38,390 bases of DNA, taken from IMG/VR virus record IMGVR_UViG_3300027797_000003. One strand, given 5' to 3'. This DNA comes from a virus. A model generated the notes under the pieces. The model was given only the letters and a program-made list of their open reading frames with translations. It made no database searches and was not told the DNA's origin. The position numbers and the translations under genes were made by a program. This document shows positions 24,147 to 31,037 of the stretch, in pieces. Within the stretch, counting starts at the first letter, position 1. Every line of letters starts with the position of its first letter.

Positions 24147-24392
24147 ATGGCACGCAAAGCAAAAGCAGTAGTATCCGTGTTTGGTCGTTATGCCAAGTGC
24201 GACAAGTGGTGGACGGTTGCGTTTGATAACGCTACCGAGGTGTTGGAAACTGGTACGGTGGTGGATGTCCGTAAGGTGGACGGAAGCGAGAACAAGGTTA
24301 TCATCCAGTCGTTGATTGCTTCGTCAATCGTGGAGTCGGATGAGCAGAACCCAACCTTGTTTTACACTTACACGAAGGTGTCCAGCAAGTAA
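24147..24392 (+). CDS. Hypothetical protein, 81 aa
   Basis: In-frame ATG at 24147 preceded by GGGAGG. The tracked 23964 start would read through the motif copies. Sequence begins MARKAKAVVSVFGRYAKCDKWW. Confidence 0.65.
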   Translation: MARKAKAVVSVFGRYAKCDKWWTVAFDNATEVLETGTVVDVRKVDGSENKVIIQSLIASSIVESDEQNPTLFYTYTKVSSK

Positions 24393-24407
24393 TCACGGTT
24401 GGTTGAG

Positions 24408-24440
24408 GGTACACGAGCAGTTTCCCCCTGTTCGTGTGCC
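24408..24440 (+). terminator. 13-bp stem hairpin with two G-U pairs (plus-sense RNA only)
   Basis: ggtacacgagcag-tttcccc-ctgttcgtgtgcc, 16 nt after the 24392 stop. A second small hairpin (tgcaca-ccg-tgtgca) and a TATAAT at 24462-24467 follow. Confidence 0.5.
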
Positions 24441-24484
24441 TGATTGCACACCGTGTGCAGATATAATGTGACTGGGAGGTCATT

Positions 24485-24631
24485 GTGAGTAATGCAGTTA
24501 TTGAGCGTAAGTTGTTACCTAAGGGCGTGTACTGTTGTCCACGCTGTGATAAGCAGGCTGAGGTGTTTGTGCGTGTTGTTGAGGTGGCTTGTAATCAGCA
24601 TGGACAGATGACTCGCAAAGGGAGGAAGTAA
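24485..24631 (+). CDS. Small Cys-containing protein, 48 aa
   Basis: GTG 5 nt after GGGAGG. Sequence VSNAVIERKLLPKGVYCCPRCDKQAEVFVRVVEVACNQHGQMTRKGRK. TAATG coupling to the next ORF. Below the track cut-off. Confidence 0.5.
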   Translation: MSNAVIERKLLPKGVYCCPRCDKQAEVFVRVVEVACNQHGQMTRKGRK

Positions 24632-24798
24632 TGGAAGCAGTTAGGGTTGGTAGTTTCGTTGTGTATAAGGGTATGCCTAGTAGTCCTATGTTTAGGGTTG
24701 CTGAGGTGGATGGTTGGGGTCAGGCAGTGATTTATGAGTTATCGGGTCGTAGCAAGTACGCTAGGACTGTGGAAATTAGACAACTGGAGGTGGTGTGA
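24631..24798 (+). CDS. Hypothetical protein, 55 aa
   Basis: MEAVRVGSFVVYKGMPSSPMFRVAEVDGWGQAVIYELSGRSKYARTVEIRQLEVV. TGATG coupling on its 3' side. Below the track cut-off. Confidence 0.5.
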   Translation: MEAVRVGSFVVYKGMPSSPMFRVAEVDGWGQAVIYELSGRSKYARTVEIRQLEVV

Positions 24799-25001
24799 TG
24801 TTTAAGCAGGGTGATGAGGTTGCGATTGCCCATAAGGAGGGCATTTGGATTGTTAAGGACGCTGATGAACGCTTTGATAATGCTATGATGTTGGTGTGTC
24901 CTTGGGATGCAAGTGGGTTTGTGTTGTTGGCTGTTCGTGGTAAGGATTGCCAACTGTTAGACCCGAAGCATTGTAAAATCTACAAGAAAGTGAGTGAGTA
25001 A
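24798..25001 (+). CDS. Hypothetical protein, 67 aa
   Basis: ORF track, with the start moved from GTG 24795 to ATG 24798. Confidence 0.6.
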   Translation: MFKQGDEVAIAHKEGIWIVKDADERFDNAMMLVCPWDASGFVLLAVRGKDCQLLDPKHCKIYKKVSE

Positions 25002-25093
25002 TGGATGAATATAATCTAATGCTAATGATTATGGGGTTTGGTGCGTTTTGTGTTCTTATTGGCTACAGCATGGGTAAAGGAGCAGGGAAATGA
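25001..25093 (+). CDS. Possible 30-aa membrane peptide
   Basis: MDEYNLMLMIMGFGAFCVLIGYSMGKGAGK; TAATG and ATGATG couplings. Confidence 0.35.
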   Translation: MDEYNLMLMIMGFGAFCVLIGYSMGKGAGK

Positions 25094-25290
25094 TGTCACG
25101 CAGAGATTATCAGGTGTTAGCAAGGTGCATAGAGTTGGTTGGTGATAATCATAGAGGTAGGGAGGGTGAGGTTGCGTTGGGTGAGTTGGTGGAGGATTTG
25201 TGTAAGCGATTGCACCTAGAAAATCCTCGGTTTGATGTGGAGAAGTTTGTTGCTAAGTGTAATGTGTCGTTGCCACCGAAGGAGGCGTAA
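25090..25290 (+). CDS. Hypothetical protein, 66 aa
   Basis: ORF track. Confidence 0.6.
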   Translation: MMSRRDYQVLARCIELVGDNHRGREGEVALGELVEDLCKRLHLENPRFDVEKFVAKCNVSLPPKEA

Positions 25291-25529
25291 TGTTGCTTTG
25301 GGTTAAGACTGGTTATGGTTGGGAGGCTGATGCACCGTATATTGAGGGTAGTTATATTGTGCAAGGTGCAGTAGGTGAGGGGTTTGTTTTGACAAAGTTT
25401 TGGGATTGTGCTCGTAATGGTGGACAAAATCAGTCGGAGTATGAACATCCGAGGGTGTTTAAGTCATTGCGCAGTGCAAAGGATTGGTGTCAAATAGATT
25501 ATGATGGTCAGTGTGGTTTAACACAATAA
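25290..25529 (+). CDS. Hypothetical protein, 79 aa
   Basis: ORF track; TAATG coupling. Confidence 0.6.
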   Translation: MLLWVKTGYGWEADAPYIEGSYIVQGAVGEGFVLTKFWDCARNGGQNQSEYEHPRVFKSLRSAKDWCQIDYDGQCGLTQ

Positions 25530-25535
25530 TAGGTT

Positions 25536-25559
25536 TCCGTTGGCAATCCTGCCAACGGA
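25536..25559 (+). terminator. Perfect 10-bp stem hairpin tccgttggca-atcc-tgccaacgga
   Basis: Read directly, 7 nt after the 25529 stop. No U-run follows. Confidence 0.45.
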
Positions 25560-25583
25560 TTAGTATGAACTGGGAGGTTCATT

Positions 25584-25994
25584 ATGAGTAAGCAAATATC
25601 GGTTAAGGTTAGTCGGGTTAAGTTGTTGGAGCAGTTGTCGGAGGCATTTCGTAAGGCGAAAGCACTTAGAGATGAATATGATAAGGCTTTGGTTGAATAT
25701 AACAAGAAAATTGAGGGTGTTGAGAAAAAGGTGCTAAACAATTTAGGTAAGGGTAAAGTCACTGAGTTTCGTGATACTACGGGACATTATGACCGTGTGA
25801 ACAAAGTGATTGAGTATCGGTTCACGGTGACTTTTCCTGATACCTTTTTCGTTAAGCCTGAAGCACCTGATTATCCTACAATGTTGAGTCAATATGACTT
25901 GAACGAGTTGGAGCAAATCATTAAAATGCTTGAGTTGTGTGATAGTGATACTGTTTCTACTGGCGTTTATGGTAATGTAGCCCGATACTTGTAA
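25584..25994 (+). CDS. Hypothetical protein, 136 aa
   Basis: ORF track; GGGAGG SD. Confidence 0.65.
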   Translation: MSKQISVKVSRVKLLEQLSEAFRKAKALRDEYDKALVEYNKKIEGVEKKVLNNLGKGKVTEFRDTTGHYDRVNKVIEYRFTVTFPDTFFVKPEAPDYPTMLSQYDLNELEQIIKMLELCDSDTVSTGVYGNVARYL

Positions 25995-26002
25995 TCGGGT
26001 CA

Positions 26003-26031
26003 CCGTGTGGGGGTTCGTAGCCCTCACATGG
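26003..26031 (+). terminator. 11-bp stem hairpin (two G-U pairs) with 7-nt loop TTCGTAG
   Basis: ccgtgtggggg-ttcgtag-ccctcacatgg, 9 nt after the 25994 stop. Followed by tacaatttg and then motif copy 4. Confidence 0.5.
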
Positions 26032-26053
26032 TACAATTTGCACATACACAGAT

Positions 26054-26075
26054 GGGTGTGCGTGTCAAAGATAGG
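26054..26075 (+). promoter_or_regulatory. 22-bp rightward motif, copy 4
   Basis: GGGTGTGCGTGTCAAAGATAGG. Followed by a 10-bp hairpin at 26081-26106 (two G-U pairs); 65 nt before the ATG at 26141. Confidence 0.6.
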
Positions 26076-26140
26076 GAAGTCGGCAACAGCAATTCCGTTG
26101 TTGTCGTATTATCGCCCATTAGGGCAGGAGGAAATACATT

Positions 26141-27466
26141 ATGGCTGGGAAAGCGTTAATTGTTTTATCTGTGAACTGTGCAGATAAATCAGCGAAAGTC
26201 AAATATCAGGTAGAGTCGGAACGGGAGTACGATTATGCTCTGGTACGACTTGACCGCAACACACTCATTAAGGTTGTTGGGTTGTTAGGTCACAAGTTTG
26301 TTGGCAAGTCACCATTATCGTACACACAGTACGAGTTGAAGAACTTGGCTGATAAGTTGATGACAGACCGAACAGACATCGTAATGGGCAAAGGTGTTTC
26401 ACCAACTCCTAGTCCTAGACCAGTTCCGACTGTGCCAGCACCTACGGTGACTGTCACACCTACTGTCCATGCTAAACCAGCAGGGATTGAGGATGCGTTG
26501 CGTAATGTTATCACTGAGGCTATGTCGGCTTACACAGAGAATGGCGTGGACAAGGATGTGGTCACTCAGATAGTGAATGAGGCTATCGGTGCTCATGTTG
26601 CTGAAACACAGAAATCCATTGACGCTTTGACACGGATTATCGCCGAGTCTAAACCTGAGGTGAAACACATTACGCTTACTGGTGGTGTTGTCCGTAAGAT
26701 TGAGGGTCGGACACACTTCCTGTTTGATAAGGTGTTGCGTGTCGTTGATGCAGGGTTATCGCCTTGGATTACGGGGTCGGCTGGTGTAGGCAAAACCATG
26801 CTTGCCGAACAGATTGCTACAGCCTTAGGATTAGAGTATAGTCCTGAGTCGTTCTGTTCGCAGTCATCCAAAGCCGAGGTTAAAGGCTACAAGGACGGTC
26901 ATGGATTGTACCAGTCAGTGGACTTTCGTAAGCGTTTTGAAGAGGGTGGTGTCTACTTGTTGGATGAGATTGACGCTGCGAACCCGAACATTCTGCTTAC
27001 GCTTAACAGTGCACTCAGTAATGGTTGGATGATGTTTCCTGATGGCAAGGTTAAACGCCACGAAAAGTTCGTGGCTATAGCATCAGCGAACACTTACGGT
27101 AACGGTGCTACAGCCGAGTATGTTGGTAGGCAGGTGATTGACGGCTCTACACTTAATAGGTTCGTCAAGTTTGATATGCCTATTGACGAGATTATGGAGG
27201 CTGGTATCGTGAACGACCTATCGGTAGACGCTACTAGTGGTCGTACATGGTTGGACATTGTTCGTAAAGCACGAGCCAATGTTGTTTCCAGTGGACTCAA
27301 AGTTATTATCTCGCCCCGTGACTCGTATCATGGTGCGAAGTTACTTAATGCAGGGTTCACCTTTCAGGAGTGTGTGCCTATGACATTCGGTTCAGGTATG
27401 AAATCTGAACAGTATGCTAAGGTCATGGCAGGTATTACTATGCCTGCTGGTGGTGCTAGAGTTTAA
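26141..27466 (+). CDS. MoxR/CobS-like AAA+ ATPase with N-terminal extension and Pro-rich linker, 441 aa
   Basis: Walker A GSAGVGKT and Walker B VYLLDEIDAA. The following NPNILLTLNSALSNGWMMFPDG...FVAIASANT...STLNRF is typical of AAA_5/MoxR-type ATPases. Confidence 0.75.
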   Translation: MAGKALIVLSVNCADKSAKVKYQVESEREYDYALVRLDRNTLIKVVGLLGHKFVGKSPLSYTQYELKNLADKLMTDRTDIVMGKGVSPTPSPRPVPTVPAPTVTVTPTVHAKPAGIEDALRNVITEAMSAYTENGVDKDVVTQIVNEAIGAHVAETQKSIDALTRIIAESKPEVKHITLTGGVVRKIEGRTHFLFDKVLRVVDAGLSPWITGSAGVGKTMLAEQIATALGLEYSPESFCSQSSKAEVKGYKDGHGLYQSVDFRKRFEEGGVYLLDEIDAANPNILLTLNSALSNGWMMFPDGKVKRHEKFVAIASANTYGNGATAEYVGRQVIDGSTLNRFVKFDMPIDEIMEAGIVNDLSVDATSGRTWLDIVRKARANVVSSGLKVIISPRDSYHGAKLLNAGFTFQECVPMTFGSGMKSEQYAKVMAGITMPAGGARV

Positions 27467-27471
27467 TGCTT

Positions 27472-27498
27472 GGATGTGGGTACACTCACCTACATTCC
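27472..27498 (+). terminator. 10-bp stem hairpin (one bulge, one G-U)
   Basis: ggatgtgggt-acactc-acctacattcc, 6 nt after the 27466 stop and 10 nt before motif copy 5. Confidence 0.4.
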
Positions 27499-27508
27499 CA
27501 GCGTGGGT

Positions 27509-27530
27509 GGGTGTACCTGTCAAAGATAGC
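27509..27530 (+). promoter_or_regulatory. 22-bp rightward motif, copy 5
   Basis: GGGTGTACCTGTCAAAGATAGC; 22 nt before the ATG at 27553 (the spacer contains TAGGAGG). Confidence 0.6.
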
Positions 27531-27552
27531 CGACAACAACTAGGAGGTAGTT

Positions 27553-28383
27553 ATGATTACAGAAGTTATAGACAAGGTTCACATTGACGAGTTTGAGTCG
27601 TTAGGTGAGGCGTTACATTACGCTAAGGCTAATGACAATAGGCGTTCATCGGACGCTCAGCGTGATACAGATTGGGCTGGTTCACGGGACTTAAACACTG
27701 CTGTCCAACTGGGGTTGGATGGTTGGCATGATATTCGTCCTGATGTTGATGCAATGTTTAGTCGTATGGAGGAGCAAATAAATATGTCGCTTGGTGATGT
27801 GTTTGAGATGCGTTACGATTACAGTGGTGATAGTGTGGACATTGACCGTTTCCTTGTGGGTGACCCTGAACACATGATGGATTATGAGACTGTTCCTTCA
27901 GGTAGAATGGGGCGTGTCGTTCGTGTTTTGGTTAATGGTTCTGCTAGTGCGTTTGTTTCTCCCGAACTTATTAGACAGCGTGGTGTTTTAGCAGTAGCGT
28001 TGATTGATGTGTTATCTAAGTTGGGTGTTGGTGTAGAGTTGTGGTTGGAGTCTGCTACAGAGTATAATGACAAATTGCACTCACAACTTATCAAAATACA
28101 TTCATCGGAGGAGCGTTTAGATATTGACAACCTGATGTTTAGCATGGCTCATCCGTCCATGCTTAGACGAGTCGGGTTCAGTATTCTGGAGCGTACTAGT
28201 TGGGCACCTGCTAAGCAGTGCGCTCAACTTGGTGCAGGTTATGGTCGTCCTCACAATTTAACTCAAGGTAAGCGCATTGGTGCTGATGTTGAGATTGACA
28301 AGTTACAGAACGCAACAGGTGACCCTGTTGTGGACGGTGTTGCTTACATTATGTCCACCATTAAAGGATTGGATTTATTGTAA
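27553..28383 (+). CDS. Partner of the AAA+ ATPase, 276 aa; possible VWA-like fold with degenerate MIDAS
   Basis: GRVVRVLVNGSASAFVSPELIRQRGVLAVALIDVLSKLGVGVELWL has the beta-strand / loop / helix / beta-strand layout of a VWA N-terminus. NGSAS sits where DxSxS would be. This is inference only. Confidence 0.35.
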   Translation: MITEVIDKVHIDEFESLGEALHYAKANDNRRSSDAQRDTDWAGSRDLNTAVQLGLDGWHDIRPDVDAMFSRMEEQINMSLGDVFEMRYDYSGDSVDIDRFLVGDPEHMMDYETVPSGRMGRVVRVLVNGSASAFVSPELIRQRGVLAVALIDVLSKLGVGVELWLESATEYNDKLHSQLIKIHSSEERLDIDNLMFSMAHPSMLRRVGFSILERTSWAPAKQCAQLGAGYGRPHNLTQGKRIGADVEIDKLQNATGDPVVDGVAYIMSTIKGLDLL

Positions 28384-28414
28384 GCACAAACAGTGCCTAC
28401 GCTGCGATAGTAGG

Positions 28415-28447
28415 ACGGGGGTTGGACAATGAAACTCCAACCCCCGT
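28415..28447 (+). terminator. Perfect 12-bp stem hairpin acgggggttgga-caatgaaac-tccaacccccgt
   Basis: Read directly; lies between 28383 and the 28483 start. No U-run follows. Confidence 0.5.
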
Positions 28448-28482
28448 TAAATGATAACCCAAACAACAATATGGAGGTAGTT

Positions 28483-29091
28483 ATGAGTAACAAAGTGACA
28501 GGATTATTGTTAAACGCTGGTGTTGGTGGTAGTATAGATACGATTACGGTTGATGGTTTAGAGTCAATTCAGAGTTATGTAGGTGGTACGATTGATGCCG
28601 TCAGGGCTGATGTTTCTGATGATATTTGTGCTGTCGGTTATGTTCATGATGAGGGATTGATACTAGATTTGGAGATGAACTGGTTGGCTAGTGCATTGTT
28701 TTCACAAGAAATTCGTGGTAATGTTGTGTTGGTAAATGGATACAACAAAAACAATTATTATGATGGTGATAATCATGAGTTTCCAGATGTTTTTGTTAGA
28801 TACATGAAAACCTCTTTTCTGAAAAGAGTTGCTGATTGTTACAATGAATCACAAATGATTTCTGCTATGCTACAGTATTCTTTGGATACAGGATTGATTA
28901 CTAAAGAAGCGATTGATAATCTTATGGAGGATTTAGGCGAGGCTATACAGTATGATGATGAAATAGGTTTAGCCGATTTGTCCGTAAAGATTGAAGAGAT
29001 TATGTCCAAACTTGACAACACTATGGGTGAGGAAGCGTCCAATAAACTGATAGATGAAATCTACGAGTTCTTAGACAAAGAGGGCAAATGA
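28483..29091 (+). CDS. DUF3846-like protein with acidic C-terminal half, 202 aa
   Basis: Start moved to the ATG at 28483 (GGAGGTAGTTATG, the same SD context as 27553). The N-terminal pattern TITVDGLESIQSYVGGTIDAV...VGYVHDEGLILDLEMN...GNVVLVNG resembles DUF3846 as I recall it. Confidence 0.5.
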   Translation: MSNKVTGLLLNAGVGGSIDTITVDGLESIQSYVGGTIDAVRADVSDDICAVGYVHDEGLILDLEMNWLASALFSQEIRGNVVLVNGYNKNNYYDGDNHEFPDVFVRYMKTSFLKRVADCYNESQMISAMLQYSLDTGLITKEAIDNLMEDLGEAIQYDDEIGLADLSVKIEEIMSKLDNTMGEEASNKLIDEIYEFLDKEGK

Positions 29092-29648
29092 GTGACACAC
29101 TGATAAAAGTTGATGCCGTTTATGGTATGTGGCAAGGTGAAAGAATATGTGAAATCATGCAATATACCCATGAAATGGGGCATATTTGGACTACTGACAC
29201 CATGCTAAATTATTTTGACAAATTACTGGAATGTTACGACTTGTATCGCAGCACTAACGGTTATGTGTCAGAATCGTTTGACGATATACAGCCATTAAGT
29301 ATGAGTACTACAACTGGTTTTAATCTTGTGAACTGGAAAGCCATAAGGGACTCTGTAATGGATTACTGCATACAGTTCCCTGAGCGGGAACCGTATAGCA
29401 TTATAGAAAAACTTGGTATAACTGTAGAACAATTCCAATGTGCTGTATCAGTGAACAAAAACAAAACTGTAATGAACTCACAGCAGTTTCGTTCATTCAG
29501 TTATGCTTGTTTGGAAGATAACCCAAACTTTGCCAAGATTGGTAGAGACTACGGTACTGGAGTAAATACTATGGTTTTTTACAAGAAACTATTTAGGGCA
29601 ATAAAATTGGCGAGGACAGAAAAGATGATTGATAGTGGTAAGGTATAA
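29088..29648 (+). CDS. Hypothetical protein, 186 aa, possible C-terminal HTH
   Basis: ATGA coupling. The C-terminal FAKIGRDYGTGVNTMVFYKKLF looks HTH-like. Confidence 0.5.
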   Translation: MSDTLIKVDAVYGMWQGERICEIMQYTHEMGHIWTTDTMLNYFDKLLECYDLYRSTNGYVSESFDDIQPLSMSTTTGFNLVNWKAIRDSVMDYCIQFPEREPYSIIEKLGITVEQFQCAVSVNKNKTVMNSQQFRSFSYACLEDNPNFAKIGRDYGTGVNTMVFYKKLFRAIKLARTEKMIDSGKV

Positions 29649-29723
29649 TGAAACTATCGGTTTCGGTACCTAGTACCTCAACCTTACTGTCCATGCTATC
29701 TAGTCTATTAGAAAAGAGAATAA

Positions 29724-30530
29724 ATGAAAATAGATAATGTGAATAAGATAGTTTATGTTAGACAGTCTTGGTTAAATGATATGGTTATCTGTCCTGAAAG
29801 AGCCAGACTTGGTATTATTAGACCAGAGTTCCGTACTGGTAGTGATGCAACTATTATTGGTACCGCTATTCATGCTGGTATTGAGTCGGTGCTGGATGGT
29901 AGGTCATCGGAGTTCGGTCAAATGGTAAATGTCGTTGGTGATAACTACGACATTCTTAAGCAAACCAACTACAAAAAAACCAACATTGACGAGGACATGA
30001 TTCCAGAGTATTTGGAGGCTATGTCATTAGCGTTTTACGACGACATTCTACCGAAAGTAGAATTAGGAGGCAAGGTTGAACATTATTTTAAGGTTCCTTT
30101 GGGTGTTACTATTCAGGACTATGCTGTGTGGCTTGAGGGCACGATGGACTACATCGCACCCAGCGGTCTTATATGGGACTGGAAAACATCATCCCGTGCT
30201 TATTACATCAAGGACAAACAGAAATCCGCTATCCAGCCTACGGTCTATGGTTATGCGGCGAAGTATGAGGGGTTAGCAAATGGTGATATTACCGATTTTA
30301 ATTATGGGATTATGGTTCGTAGTAATCCAAGTAAGTCTCAAATTGGACATATCACCCGAACAGAAGGTCATTATAATTGGCTCAAGTACTTTGTTCGTGG
30401 TGCTGTCGGCTCTTGCCTTAAGGTGGGTACCGATAGCGAGTGGTTTATGAATGACAGCAGTACGCTATGCTCGTCATCATGGTGTTCGTATTGGAGTATC
30501 TGTAAAGGTGCTTTCAATACGAATGATTGA
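29724..30530 (+). CDS. PD-(D/E)XK Cas4/RecB-like exonuclease with Cys cluster, 268 aa
   Basis: N-terminal Cys (VICPERA), GTAIHAGIE, MDYIAPSGLIWDWKTS (D...DxK), QPTVYGY (QxxxY), and a C-terminal CSSSWCSYWSIC. Confidence 0.7.
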   Translation: MKIDNVNKIVYVRQSWLNDMVICPERARLGIIRPEFRTGSDATIIGTAIHAGIESVLDGRSSEFGQMVNVVGDNYDILKQTNYKKTNIDEDMIPEYLEAMSLAFYDDILPKVELGGKVEHYFKVPLGVTIQDYAVWLEGTMDYIAPSGLIWDWKTSSRAYYIKDKQKSAIQPTVYGYAAKYEGLANGDITDFNYGIMVRSNPSKSQIGHITRTEGHYNWLKYFVRGAVGSCLKVGTDSEWFMNDSSTLCSSSWCSYWSICKGAFNTND

Positions 30531-30578
30531 CAGATGAATGTTAATCTAGTTATATCAACAACAAATAGGAGGAAAGAT

Positions 30579-31025
30579 ATGAGTGCCGTATCCAAAGACC
30601 AAAGCATTATTTTGCAGGTCGCAGGTAAGATTGCTGCCGATTTGACAACTAAGCATGAGGACATTAACCAAACTATCACAAATTGGTCTATTGCCTTTGA
30701 TGCTGTATCAGACGCTCTGCTCACCACAATGGGCATGAATATTCTTACACCAGCACAAGGTGAGGCTATGGTTGTAGAAGCGTTTGGTGGTACTGTGGTA
30801 ACACAACCAACACCTGCTTATCAGCCAGCACCTAGTGGCAATGGATTCCAAGTCCGTATCAAAGGACAGCAACACGGACCGATTCCCGAATGGCTACACA
30901 GTGAGTGTGCCAAAGTAGGAGTTACCGAAGTATGGGACAACCGTGATGGTTTGTCTGCCAACCCGAAACGCCCTTGGTTCAAGGCTGTTTCAGGTGATAA
31001 AGCCTTCTGGGCACCACGCAAGTAA
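30579..31025 (+). CDS. Hypothetical protein, 148 aa
   Basis: Start moved to the ATG at 30579, preceded by AGGAGG. Confidence 0.6.
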   Translation: MSAVSKDQSIILQVAGKIAADLTTKHEDINQTITNWSIAFDAVSDALLTTMGMNILTPAQGEAMVVEAFGGTVVTQPTPAYQPAPSGNGFQVRIKGQQHGPIPEWLHSECAKVGVTEVWDNRDGLSANPKRPWFKAVSGDKAFWAPRK

Positions 31026-31037
31026 CGATAGGATACT

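Noticed and set aside
23667-24157. Minus-strand ORFs 23667..23867 and 23948..24157, and the long N-terminal extension of 23964..24392.
   Set aside because: They lie in the C-tract/motif-array leader and have no SD. Their orientation opposes the arm, or they read through three copies of the conserved 22-bp block. The in-frame ATG at 24147 has a GGGAGG SD and gives a normal-looking protein.
26003-26031. Possible tRNA or tRNA-like element: a hairpin with a 7-nt TTCGTAG loop reminiscent of a T-loop on an 11-bp stem.
   Set aside because: There are no D-arm or anticodon-arm sequences upstream. The stem is 11 rather than 12 bp, the loop lacks the conserved A58 position, and there is no CCA context. 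A post-gene terminator or processing hairpin fits better. I found no convincing tRNA anywhere in the window.
23896-27530. Reading the 22-bp block on the opposite strand as a sigma-70 promoter, because its reverse complement contains TTGAC(G/A).
   Set aside because: A plausible -10 at about 17 bp follows only in copy 1. The other copies have none. All five copies are oriented with, and lie just upstream of, plus-strand genes.
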